NCBI GenBank assembly: GCA_934096275.1 | Contig: CAKOLK010000003.1 | Span: forward strand, 28,366 to 92,365 | DNA from: an uncultured Bacilli bacterium | GTDB taxonomy: Bacteria > Bacillota_I > Bacilli_A > RF39 > UBA660 | Reading direction: 5' to 3' | DNA length: 64,000 nt | Part shown: positions 1 to 9,786 of the stretch, piece by piece | Layout: each line of letters starts with the position of its first letter | Numbering within the stretch: the first letter of the stretch is position 1 | The notes under the pieces: model-generated | Told to the model about the DNA's origin: nothing | The model's database searches: none | What the model saw: the letters and a program-made list of their open reading frames with translations, nothing else | Made by a program: the position numbers and the translations under genes

Positions 1-926
1 GAAACATTGGCTACCCATTATCAGGGTTTATAGACAAAGTAAAAGATAATGATATAATCGTAATGGAAACATCGTGTCAACAACTAGAAAATTTAAAAGA
101 GTTCAAACCAGATATTGCAGTAATGACTAATATCACTGAAGCACATATCGATTTTATGAAAACATATGAACACTATAAATATGTAAAAAGCAAACTATTA
201 CAAAATCAAAAAGAAAAAGACATTGCTATTTTAAATAATGAATCAGAAGACTTAAAAGAAGCAACAAAAGATGCTAAATCAACTAAAAAATACTTCTCAT
301 CAAAAAACATTATAAATGGATGCTATATAAAAGATAAACAAATATATTATTATGATGAAAAAATAATAGACCTAAAAGATATTAAATTACGTGGAATGCA
401 TAATTACGAAAACATTATGGCATCTATTATGGCAGTAAAAGAATTAAACGTCACAAACGAAGACATAAATAAGGTATTAACAACCTTCATGGGAGTAGAA
501 CACCGTCTAGAATATGTTAACACAGTTAATAATAGAACATTCTATAATGACACTGAAGCAACAAATATAAAATGTACTCAAATAGCACTTTCCTCATTTG
601 AAGAACCAACCATAATAATACTCGGAGGACTAGAAAGAGGACAAAACTTTAATGATTTACTACCATATATGAAAAATGTTAAAGCAATCCTAGCAATTGG
701 ACAATGTAGAAAAAGAGTAGTAGACTTTGCAAAAGAAAATAATAAAGAAGTATTTGAATACGAACATCTAAAAGATGCCACTTTAAAAGCCTATGAAATA
801 TCACAAGAACACGATGTAATATTACTTAGTCCTGCCAGTGCATCATGGGATCAATACAAACAGTGCGAAGATAGAGGAGCAGAATTTAAAAATATAGTCA
901 ATAACTTAATTGACAATTCAAAATAA
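1..926 (+). CDS. murD: UDP-N-acetylmuramoyl-L-alanine--D-glutamate ligase, C-terminal part (5' end lies outside the window)
   Basis: Frame 3 is open from position 3. Motifs GVEHRLE...IIILGGLERGQNF...ASWDQYKQCEDRG are typical of the MurD C-terminal domain. Confidence 0.8.
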   Translation, partial: NIGYPLSGFIDKVKDNDIIVMETSCQQLENLKEFKPDIAVMTNITEAHIDFMKTYEHYKYVKSKLLQNQKEKDIAILNNESEDLKEATKDAKSTKKYFSSKNIINGCYIKDKQIYYYDEKIIDLKDIKLRGMHNYENIMASIMAVKELNVTNEDINKVLTTFMGVEHRLEYVNTVNNRTFYNDTEATNIKCTQIALSSFEEPTIIILGGLERGQNFNDLLPYMKNVKAILAIGQCRKRVVDFAKENNKEVFEYEHLKDATLKAYEISQEHDVILLSPASASWDQYKQCEDRGAEFKNIVNNLIDNSK

Positions 927-966
927 ATATGTTAATTTAAAATAGAAAAGAAGGGAGAGGTAAAAT

Positions 967-1707
967 ATGCCAACTAATAACGAAGAAACAAAAGAAACTA
1001 AAAAACAAGCACCTAAAAAAACAACAAGTGCTAAAAAGACTACTAGCACAAAAACAACTACTACACCAAAGAAAACTACCACAACTAAAACAAGTACTGC
1101 TAAAAAAAGTACAACAACTAAAAAGACAACTACCAAAACTACAACAAAAAAAGATGAAACAGTAAAAAAACAAGCACCAAAAACTACTACTAAAACTTCA
1201 ACTAAAAAAACAACAAGTGCTAAAAAAACTACTACAGCACCTAAAAAAGAAGAAACAAAAAAAGAAACTCCAAAGAAAGAAAATATAAAACAAGAACCAA
1301 AAGAAGAAAAGAAAGACTTTGTTGAAGAAGCAATGGATGTAGTAGAAAACATTATGGATACTAAAGATACAACTAATAAATATAAAGAAGATGACATAGC
1401 TAAAAACACAGCAGTATCTATTATTGCATACCTTGGAATACTAAGTTTAATTCCATATTTCCTATGCAAAGATAGTAAGTTTGCAATGTTCAATGCTAAA
1501 CAAGGAGTAAACCTATTTATCCTTGAAGTAATATGTTCACTTCTAGCAAACATTATTAATCTATTCACTCCATGGTGGATAGCAAGAGCAATAATTTATG
1601 TTGTATACTTAATATTCGTTCTATTATCATTAATCGGAGTTATAAACGTATTAAATGGTAAAGCAAAAGAACTACCATATGTAAGTGCATTTAAATTTAT
1701 AAAATAG
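967..1707 (+). CDS. membrane protein with Thr/Lys-rich low-complexity N-terminal region and DUF4870-like C-terminal TM domain
   Basis: RBS gggagagg precedes the ATG. About 110 aa of (K/T)-rich repeats are followed by AYLGILSLIPYF...FNAKQGVNLFIL and two TM helices. Confidence 0.55.
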   Translation: MPTNNEETKETKKQAPKKTTSAKKTTSTKTTTTPKKTTTTKTSTAKKSTTTKKTTTKTTTKKDETVKKQAPKTTTKTSTKKTTSAKKTTTAPKKEETKKETPKKENIKQEPKEEKKDFVEEAMDVVENIMDTKDTTNKYKEDDIAKNTAVSIIAYLGILSLIPYFLCKDSKFAMFNAKQGVNLFILEVICSLLANIINLFTPWWIARAIIYVVYLIFVLLSLIGVINVLNGKAKELPYVSAFKFIK

Positions 1708-1742
1708 ACTTTGAGTAAAAAATTCAAAGTTTTTTTTATTTG
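1708..1742 (+). terminator. rho-independent terminator
   Basis: Hairpin actttgag-taaaaaat-tcaaagt followed by TTTTTTTT. Confidence 0.6.
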
Positions 1743-1800
1743 ATTGTATTAAAAAAAATAATATGGTACAATACTTATATAAATAATAAAGGGTGATACT

Positions 1801-4638
1801 ATGAATTTTATAAAAAATAATTATAAAAAAATAACTCCATTTATAATCATAATGTTAATAGCGATAATCTCATACTCAGTTACACAATCATCATACGCAC
1901 AAACAACCACAAAAACATTTACAAGACAAGAAATACAAGACATGATAGTATCCACTGCAACAAGTTATCTAAGAAATAATACATATTCAGACTACGATCA
2001 ACATGCAATGGATGCATCATCTACCTATAATGGGTCATCAATTACAACATTCAACTGGAGAGACTTTAATATAACACCAGAAATGGTAAGCAGAACTAAT
2101 AACTTTCATGATGACTGTAGTAGCTTCGTAGCACAAGTATTAATAAACTCAATAGATTATGACTTTTCAAATTACTATAACTATACATCAAATACATTCT
2201 ACTTATTTAAAAACTTTACTTACACACAGTCTAAGTCATCAAAAACGACATTTATCGAAGGCTATAAAAGAACAGGAAAAAGTATTTCAACATTCTTCTT
2301 CAATAAATTAGCAAACTCTATAGCAAACGTATCTAAAGGAACAGAATACAAAAACAATACTAATTTTGTAAACTATTACTATGAATTCACTGGAAGTGAA
2401 ACAACTTCTAAAAGAAACACTGTAATATCAAGTGTTAAACAAAGACTACAACCCGGAGACATTGTAGTATACAGACACACTTCATCATCAGGAAGTGCAA
2501 GCGGACACGTTATGATCTATGCCGGAGACTTCTACGACAACAATGGAACAAAAATGACTGGATTCATTCATTCAACAGGAAAAAGCTATGACTTTACAAC
2601 AGAAACACTAAATAGAGATAAATATGCAGTACAAACAGGTACAATGACTGTAAAAATAGATGATATAATAAACGATACCAAAACAACCTCATACATGATT
2701 CTAAGACCTATAAACTATTACTGTTCATCAAAAGATTCATGTAGTCTAACCGTACCAAACAATTCATTAGCAAGACCATCTATGAAAGATTTAAAAATAG
2801 AACAATACATATCCAAAGACAATAAAAATATATCTAAATACAATAGCGTCAATATTAATGATACACTTACATATAATTTAGATATAAAAAATATTAAAAT
2901 AAACCCAATAAAAAACATTACAATAACAGCATCAATACCAAGTAATACAACCTATGTTAGTTGTAATAACGATTGTAAATATAGTAACAATGAAATAACT
3001 TGGACACTAGGTAATAATAGTAATATAACAAACAATACATATAGTTATACAGTAAAAGTAAATAAAGAAAAAACAATTACTAATACAGGTTTTAAAATAA
3101 AAAATCCTGATAATACAATCCTTCAAATGAGTGAATTAAATACCAATATAAATCCAAGTATTAATAATGATCTAGATACTAATGTATTAACAAGTATAAT
3201 AAAACTATCCCAAGAATTAAATAAAAATGGATATCTAACATACGGAACAAGTACAAATGATAATACTTATAAAACAGACATTACTACTATAAATGAAAAT
3301 AATAAAATAACACTTTCATCAGTGGACTATATAAAGTTCTTATACTACAATGCTTATGGAATAGACTTAAGTACCATGACAAAAGATAATATAAAAACAT
3401 CACTATTTAATACTCAAAGCAGTCTATACTCTAGAAAAACTACTAATAGTGATGCTATATCACAAATGCTTGTACCAGGACTATATGGAGGAAGACTACT
3501 TAAAGGAAATGATAACAACGACCGTACAAGATTTATGGTACCAAGCGATCTTGAATTTGGAGACATAGTAACATTCTACACATCAAATGCAACTCTAATA
3601 AATATATATATATATCTAGGACAAGAAAATAACTATCCAACATTCTTAAGAATAGCAAGTGATAACACAATCACAAAACTAACTAACACATCAGCAGAAG
3701 ATTTATTCAATGCATTATATGCTAAAAATCTATTTGCAATATTTAGACCTACAAGATACTACGGAGTAACAATAACCCTACAAGACAATAATAAAAAAGA
3801 TCATATAACACTAGCTAAAAATACAACTTATAGAAATTTACCAATAATAGAAAAAAAATACACTGTAACATACGAATATAACACAACACCTGATAATGAA
3901 TGCAAAGATAAAGATGTAATTGATGATGTATTCGATGGCTGGTATAAAGACTCTACAAAAGTAGATGAAAAAACAACAATTACCGATCAAACAGCACATA
4001 CACTAACAGCAAAATATACAAATAAAGAAATAACATTACCAACTCCAACAAAACAAGGATTTAAGTTCCTAGGTTGGTATAAAGACTCAACATTACAAAA
4101 TAAAGCATCAGAAACTAATAAATACACACCTGAAAGTGATATAACACTATATGCTAAATGGGAAGAAGAACAACCGGACCCATCACCAGAACCAAATCCA
4201 AATCCTCCAAAAGAATTTGACATAACATCAGATGAATTCACTATAAAAGATGGTTATATCTACTTAAAAGAAAATAATAAAGAGTTTACAAGCTATATAA
4301 ATAAATTAAAATATGATAAATCATTTAACTATAACTTAAAACTATATGATAACAATAAAGAAATAACAAATAATATAGTATTTACAGGATCTAAACTAAA
4401 AGCAATAGACAATGACACAGTAATAAAAGAATATATAAACATTGTAAAAGGTGATGTTAATAAAACAGGAACAGTAACAATGGCCGACGTTATGAAACTA
4501 GTAGACTATCTATTTGATAACGACACGATGACTGAAGACTATAACCTAAAAGCAGGAGACGTCAATAATACTAACACAGTAACAATGGCCGATGTTATGA
4601 AACTAGTAGACTACATTCTAGAAGGAGGAGAACTATGA
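1801..4638 (+). CDS. secreted multidomain protein: NlpC/P60-like Cys/His hydrolase domain, Listeria-Bacteroides (Flg_new) repeats, C-terminal type-I dockerin
   Basis: Signal peptide MNFIKNNYKKITPFIIIMLIAIISYSVTQSSYA. DDCSSFVAQV with GHVMIYAGD gives a Cys/His pair. FDGWYKD...LTAKY and FKFLGWYKDS...LYAKW are Flg_new repeats. Two Ca-loop repeats GDVNKTGTVTMADVMKLVDY and GDVNNTNTVTMADVMKLVDY at the C-terminus. Confidence 0.6.
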   Translation: MNFIKNNYKKITPFIIIMLIAIISYSVTQSSYAQTTTKTFTRQEIQDMIVSTATSYLRNNTYSDYDQHAMDASSTYNGSSITTFNWRDFNITPEMVSRTNNFHDDCSSFVAQVLINSIDYDFSNYYNYTSNTFYLFKNFTYTQSKSSKTTFIEGYKRTGKSISTFFFNKLANSIANVSKGTEYKNNTNFVNYYYEFTGSETTSKRNTVISSVKQRLQPGDIVVYRHTSSSGSASGHVMIYAGDFYDNNGTKMTGFIHSTGKSYDFTTETLNRDKYAVQTGTMTVKIDDIINDTKTTSYMILRPINYYCSSKDSCSLTVPNNSLARPSMKDLKIEQYISKDNKNISKYNSVNINDTLTYNLDIKNIKINPIKNITITASIPSNTTYVSCNNDCKYSNNEITWTLGNNSNITNNTYSYTVKVNKEKTITNTGFKIKNPDNTILQMSELNTNINPSINNDLDTNVLTSIIKLSQELNKNGYLTYGTSTNDNTYKTDITTINENNKITLSSVDYIKFLYYNAYGIDLSTMTKDNIKTSLFNTQSSLYSRKTTNSDAISQMLVPGLYGGRLLKGNDNNDRTRFMVPSDLEFGDIVTFYTSNATLINIYIYLGQENNYPTFLRIASDNTITKLTNTSAEDLFNALYAKNLFAIFRPTRYYGVTITLQDNNKKDHITLAKNTTYRNLPIIEKKYTVTYEYNTTPDNECKDKDVIDDVFDGWYKDSTKVDEKTTITDQTAHTLTAKYTNKEITLPTPTKQGFKFLGWYKDSTLQNKASETNKYTPESDITLYAKWEEEQPDPSPEPNPNPPKEFDITSDEFTIKDGYIYLKENNKEFTSYINKLKYDKSFNYNLKLYDNNKEITNNIVFTGSKLKAIDNDTVIKEYINIVKGDVNKTGTVTMADVMKLVDYLFDNDTMTEDYNLKAGDVNNTNTVTMADVMKLVDYILEGGEL

Positions 4639-6560
4639 TAAAAAATATAAAATACCTACTATTTTTAGGACTATTTCTAATTCCATTAAATACAAATGCT
4701 GCATCAAGTAGTGTATCACTAAGCTGTCCATCAACTGCAAACCCAGGAAATACCATAAGTTGCAACATATCAATGAAAACAACCGGAGCAGTAGCAAATG
4801 GAATATCATTAAAATATGATTTCGCAAGTGGCTTATCATACGATAGCTTTACCCCATCATCATCATTTACACCACTAAAAAGTACTGCAACTGGCTTTGC
4901 GCTAAATGGTTCTGGTGGAGTACCATCATCAGTATCAATCGGAACTTTAAGAGTAAAAATATCAAACTCAGTTAACGGAGGTCAAAGTTATAAAGTAACA
5001 CTTAAATCAATTGACGTATCAACATATGATTCATCCACAAATAATTATGCCGATTTATATCCGAACGATGCAACAGCACAAATAAGAATAAAATCATCAA
5101 ACAACAATCTATCAAGCTTATCAGTATCAGGACATGAAATAAACTTCAATAAAAACACAACAACATATACATTAGAAACAACATCATCAAAAGTAACAGT
5201 AAGTGCAACAAAAGAAGACTCATATGCTACTATATCTGGTACAGGAACAAAAAGCTTATCATATGGACTAAACACAATCAAAGTAGTAGTAACATCAGAA
5301 ACAGGATCAAAGAAAACATACACAATAAACATAACAAGAAAAGATACTAGATCAGATGATGCAAAACTATCATCATTAACAGTAAGTAATGCTAATATAA
5401 ACTTTACACCTAATCAAACAATATATAATACATCAGTTGGATCAAGTATATCAAAAGTACAAATATCAGCTAAAACAAACAATGATAAAGCAACATTTAC
5501 AACAGGATATGGTCCAAGAACAGTAAACCTATCATATGGACAAAATACATTCAAACTAATAGTAAAAAGTGAAAAAGGTAACACTAGAACATATACAATA
5601 AATATAACGAGAAAAGATACTAGATCATCAAATAACAATCTATCAAGTTTATCAGTATCAGTAGGCAAAATAAACTTCAATAAAAACACAACAACATATA
5701 ACATAGACACTAAAAGTGATGTAACTAGTGCAACCATAAGTGCAACACTTGAAGATCAAAAATCAACATTTGTGAGTGGATACGCTCCAAGAACAGTATC
5801 ATTAAAAGAAGGATTCAACTCTTTCCAAATAAAAGTTAAAAATGAAAAAGGCACTATTAAAACATACACAATAAACATAACAAGAGAAGACGGAAAAAGT
5901 AGAAACAATAACCTAAAAGACTTAACACTTAGTACTGGTAATATAACATTTGATAAAAATAATTTAAATTATAACGTAACAGTAGAATATGAAATAGAAA
6001 AACTAACAATAAATGCAACTCCTGAAGACTCTAAAGCAAAAGTTACATATCAAAAAGAAAACACCCTAAAAGTTGGAGAAAACAAAATAACAATAACAGT
6101 CGAAGCAGAAAATAAAAGTACTAAAAACTATACAATAACAGTAACTAGAAAAGAAGAAGGAAAAAAACTATCAAACATAAGTAGTCTATCATCATTATAC
6201 ATTGATAACAAACAAATAACTCTAAATGAAAATCAAACAGAGTATACATACCAAACAACACAAACCGCAGCAAACGTAAAAGCAACACCTACAGATCCTA
6301 ATGCAAACATCACAGTAATAGGAAACAATAGTATAAAAGATGGTAGTATAATTCAAGTAATAGTAACAGCAGAAGACCAATCAACAACAATATATAAAAT
6401 AAAAATAGAAAAAAAAGAAGATAAAAACAATACTTTATTAATAATATTAATTCCAACTATAATAATAGTTATTGGTATAATAACATTTGCATTAATAACA
6501 AAAAATAAAAATAAAACAAGAGATATAGACGCAAATCTATTAAACTTAAATAGGAAATAG
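4635..6560 (+). CDS. membrane-anchored scaffold-like protein: putative cohesin domain, 5 cadherin-like beta-sandwich repeats, C-terminal TM anchor
   Basis: ATGA overlap with the upstream dockerin gene. Signal peptide present. The N-terminal domain carries ANGISLKYDFASGLSY, reminiscent of the cohesin IANCDFxxxYD motif. Five roughly 88-aa repeats read LSSLSVS...TYTINITRKDTRS (nt ~5094-6430). Hydrophobic C-terminus LLIILIPTIIIVIGIITFALI followed by KNKNK. Confidence 0.45.
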   Translation: MIKNIKYLLFLGLFLIPLNTNAASSSVSLSCPSTANPGNTISCNISMKTTGAVANGISLKYDFASGLSYDSFTPSSSFTPLKSTATGFALNGSGGVPSSVSIGTLRVKISNSVNGGQSYKVTLKSIDVSTYDSSTNNYADLYPNDATAQIRIKSSNNNLSSLSVSGHEINFNKNTTTYTLETTSSKVTVSATKEDSYATISGTGTKSLSYGLNTIKVVVTSETGSKKTYTINITRKDTRSDDAKLSSLTVSNANINFTPNQTIYNTSVGSSISKVQISAKTNNDKATFTTGYGPRTVNLSYGQNTFKLIVKSEKGNTRTYTINITRKDTRSSNNNLSSLSVSVGKINFNKNTTTYNIDTKSDVTSATISATLEDQKSTFVSGYAPRTVSLKEGFNSFQIKVKNEKGTIKTYTINITREDGKSRNNNLKDLTLSTGNITFDKNNLNYNVTVEYEIEKLTINATPEDSKAKVTYQKENTLKVGENKITITVEAENKSTKNYTITVTRKEEGKKLSNISSLSSLYIDNKQITLNENQTEYTYQTTQTAANVKATPTDPNANITVIGNNSIKDGSIIQVIVTAEDQSTTIYKIKIEKKEDKNNTLLIILIPTIIIVIGIITFALITKNKNKTRDIDANLLNLNRK

Positions 6561-6584
6561 TAAAAATTACTATTTCCTTTTTTT
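6549..6584 (+). terminator. rho-independent terminator
   Basis: Hairpin ggaaatagta-aaaa-ttactatttcc followed by TTTTTTT. Confidence 0.7.
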
Positions 6585-6633
6585 AAAAACTATTATATAA
6601 TGAATATAGACATAAGAGTAGGGTGGTTAAAAT

Positions 6634-7572
6634 ATGCAAAATTATATAGAACAATTAAAAATAAAATACAATTATGATGATAAAACAATAAATGCACTAA
6701 CTAAAGTCATACCCGCTCTAATAGACTATTATGGAATAGAATATGAAGATACAATTTTAAAAGCAATAAACGATACAGAAATAATATGTTGTAATTCCTA
6801 TCAAACAATTTCAAAAATAAAAGAAGAAAAAAAACTAACCACAAAAACAGGAAACACTCAATTAAAAGATATAGAGTCTGAAGGTGCATACCTTTCAAAT
6901 ATTAAAATAATTTATAACGAAATACAAAACAAATATGAAATAATAAAACAAAATAGAAAAATAGTAATATCACATACATACAACTTAGATTCACCAAAAG
7001 GACTTGAAGTATTAATACTAAATATATGTAGAACAATAAAAGCAGAAAACGAAGAATACACAGTAGACGGTAACACTTTAATTCAAAAAGAAGGCCTATC
7101 TGAAAGAACATATCAAATATCAATGGATGAAGAAAACATAAACTTAGACCTATCACATGAAACAAATATAGGTATTCATATAGGTTCCTTATTATATGAT
7201 ACAGAACAAATAGAATCAATCATTCTAAAAGACAAATATGACACTCATAAATACGATTATTTAAGACTAATAATAAAATACATAAAAGAAGTATTTGAAC
7301 TAAAAGAAACTCTAAATGAAGAAGAACTATTAAAAAATAATACTTTTAAAAACATATATCAAAACAAAAAACAATTCGAAGAACTATCAAATCAAATAGA
7401 TGAATGCTTAAATATAGAACACGAAATGGTAATATATGCCATGAATAGAGAAGAAAAAGATAAATTAGAACAAATACTAAAAGAAACATTCGAAGAAAAA
7501 ATGATCAAAGAATTAGTAATACTAAAAAAAGAATCAGACAAAATAAAAAGAGTTAAAACTCCTGAATACTAA
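6634..7572 (+). CDS. hypothetical protein
   Basis: Long ORF with RBS gggtgg; no family recognised. Confidence 0.4.
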   Translation: MQNYIEQLKIKYNYDDKTINALTKVIPALIDYYGIEYEDTILKAINDTEIICCNSYQTISKIKEEKKLTTKTGNTQLKDIESEGAYLSNIKIIYNEIQNKYEIIKQNRKIVISHTYNLDSPKGLEVLILNICRTIKAENEEYTVDGNTLIQKEGLSERTYQISMDEENINLDLSHETNIGIHIGSLLYDTEQIESIILKDKYDTHKYDYLRLIIKYIKEVFELKETLNEEELLKNNTFKNIYQNKKQFEELSNQIDECLNIEHEMVIYAMNREEKDKLEQILKETFEEKMIKELVILKKESDKIKRVKTPEY

Positions 7573-8441
7573 AATCAGGAATAAAACTCTTTTTTTGTGT
7601 ACCATCCTCTTGAACAAAACAATTCCTAATACCTAAATCATAAGCATAATCAATCATTCTATAATACCCATCATTAGATAAAACACGATTAAGTTCATCA
7701 AACTCTAACTCTCTAATCGGTGTATATTGATTCATTATACTAATAAAAACATCATCATGATACTTATTATACAAATAATCTATAATCTTAACAGAATCAT
7801 CATAACAACCAGGCAACATTAAATGCCTTACAACAACCCCTCTTTTTATAATACCATCATCATCAAAAACAGGACTACCAACTTGTCTATACATCTCCTC
7901 AATCGAAGAACTAGCATACTTAAAATAATCAGGACAACTAGAATACTTAACAGCAAGATCATTAGAATAATACTTAAGATCAGGTAAATAAACATCAACA
8001 ATACCATCAAGCATCTTAAGAGTAGATACATTCTCATAACTACTAGTATTATAAACAATAGGAATACTAAGACCCTTTTCCTTTGCAAGAAGAAGTCCTT
8101 CACGTATCAAAGGAACATAATGAGTCGGAGTAACCAAATTAATATTAAGAGCACCTTTATTTTGTAAGTCAATACAAATATCACTAAACTTAGAAACACT
8201 AATTTCTTTTCCAACACATTCACTACTAATCTCATAATTTTGACAAAAAACACATCTTAAATTACAATTACTAAAAAATATAGCACCACTACCAAAATCT
8301 CCAGATATAATAGGTTCCTCAAAAAAATGAAGATCAGCACGAGCTATTTTTAATTTATTATTTGCTTTACAAAAGCCAATACTATTATTACGATTAACAC
8401 CACATTCTCTTGGACATAACCTACAACATGAAAAATAATCC
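7553..8441 (-). CDS. radical SAM enzyme (PflA / AmmeMemoRadiSam-like activase)
   Basis: CNLRCVFCQN is a CxxxCxxC cluster near the N-terminus. Likely start at MDYFSCCRLC. Confidence 0.6.
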
Positions 8442-8519
8442 ATAATACCACCAAAAAATATTATAACAAAAATGAATAAAAATAACAAAAAAATATCACT
8501 ACATAAACAGGTGATAATA

Positions 8520-9290
8520 ATGAGTAAATATAAAGTAGATATAACAGGACTAAATACAAATAGTATTAAAGTCCTAACACAAGAAGAAATGGAAGAATTA
8601 TTTATAAAAATGAAACAAAATGATCAAAATGCAAGAGAAAAGTTAATACATGGTAATTTAAAACTAGTACTATCAATTCTAAAAAGATTCAATAAAAAAG
8701 ATGAAAACTTAGACGATCTCTTTCAAATTGGATGCATTGGACTAATAAAAGCAATAGATAATTTTGATTTGTCATATCAAGTAAAGTTTTCAACATATTG
8801 TGTTCCAATGGTAATGGGAGAAGTAAGGAGATACCTAAGAGATAACAATAGCATAAGAGTAAGCAGAAGTATAAAAGATACAGCTTATAAAATACTAAAA
8901 CTAAAAGATGAACTAACTATAAAAAATGGAAAAGAACCAACAGACGATGAATTAGCCAAATTATTAGAAATAGATAAAGCAGAACTAGCATTAGCACTAG
9001 ATTCATTAAGACAACCAGTAAGCCTATTTGAACCAATATACAATGATGGAGGAGACACTATCTATTTATTTGATCAAATTGAAGATAAAAAAAATAATAA
9101 CGACCTAGACATCCGATTAGCGGTCAATAAAGCAATAGAAAACCTAACTGAAAGAGAACAATACATAATAGATCAAAGATTCATGATAGGAAAAACCCAA
9201 ATGGAAATAGCACAAGAACTAGACATATCACAAGCACAAATATCTAGAATAGAAAAAACAGCACTACAAAGAATAAGAAAACAACTATAA
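8520..9290 (+). CDS. sigG: sporulation sigma factor SigG
   Basis: Near-collinear with B. subtilis SigG: MSKYKVDITGLNT..., GNLKLVLSI, DLFQIGCIGLIKAIDNFD, VSLFEPIYNDGGDTIY, GKTQMEIAQELDISQAQISRIEK. RBS aggtga precedes 8520. Confidence 0.85.
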   Translation: MSKYKVDITGLNTNSIKVLTQEEMEELFIKMKQNDQNAREKLIHGNLKLVLSILKRFNKKDENLDDLFQIGCIGLIKAIDNFDLSYQVKFSTYCVPMVMGEVRRYLRDNNSIRVSRSIKDTAYKILKLKDELTIKNGKEPTDDELAKLLEIDKAELALALDSLRQPVSLFEPIYNDGGDTIYLFDQIEDKKNNNDLDIRLAVNKAIENLTEREQYIIDQRFMIGKTQMEIAQELDISQAQISRIEKTALQRIRKQL

Positions 9291-9511
9291 CAATATTAGA
9301 CAATTTATAAACAAAATTAATGTATAAAAAAAACAAAAATAAGAACATATAAAAGTAAAATAAAATAAAAACATTGTCAAATACTTGTATAAAACTACTA
9401 AAAGTAGTATATTATATATAAAGAAACACGTTCCTTGAACGTCGACTTCTTGTTGATTTCTAAGTTGTGACGTTTCCCTATATCAGAGAGACGTCGCATT
9501 TATTATAACTA

Positions 9512-9598
9512 TTACTTAAAATATTTTAAGAAGATAATTAATAATAAAATAATAACTACAAATTGTAGCAAAATGACAAAGTCTTTTTTACTCATCAT
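9512..9598 (-). CDS. 28-aa hydrophobic small protein (possible type I toxin-like peptide)
   Basis: gaggtga RBS, 7-nt spacer, then ATGATG. Peptide MMSKKDFVILLQFVVIILLLIIFLKYFK. Absent from the ORF track because of its size. Confidence 0.3.
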   Translation of the reverse strand: MMSKKDFVILLQFVVIILLLIIFLKYFK

Positions 9599-9786
9599 AA
9601 TTATCACCTCATTTCTTAAAAAAAGATAATGAAGACGGCGCCCAAAGATACGTGCAATATAAATATAACAAATAAATGTTGTGTGTCAAGTTTATTGAGA
9701 GTAGAAAAATCTAACAAGAAATAGTACTTGAAAAAGTACTTTTTTTGTTATAGAATTAATATATAAGAAAATATGGAGGTAAAACT

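Noticed and set aside
967-1320. Thr/Lys-rich repetitive DNA as a tandem-repeat or VNTR element
   Set aside because: It is in frame within a well-formed ORF with an RBS and a C-terminal membrane domain, so I treat it as a low-complexity coding region rather than a non-coding repeat.
918-1568. 216-aa and 78-aa minus-strand ORFs overlapping the TK-rich gene
   Set aside because: Antisense reading of a low-complexity (AAA/ACA-rich) coding repeat; no RBS and Phe/Val-rich nonsense composition. The same reasoning applies to other antisense ORFs in the track, for example 10291–10827, 2718–2918, 5045–5737, 6707–7219, 37783–38121 and 62331–62663.
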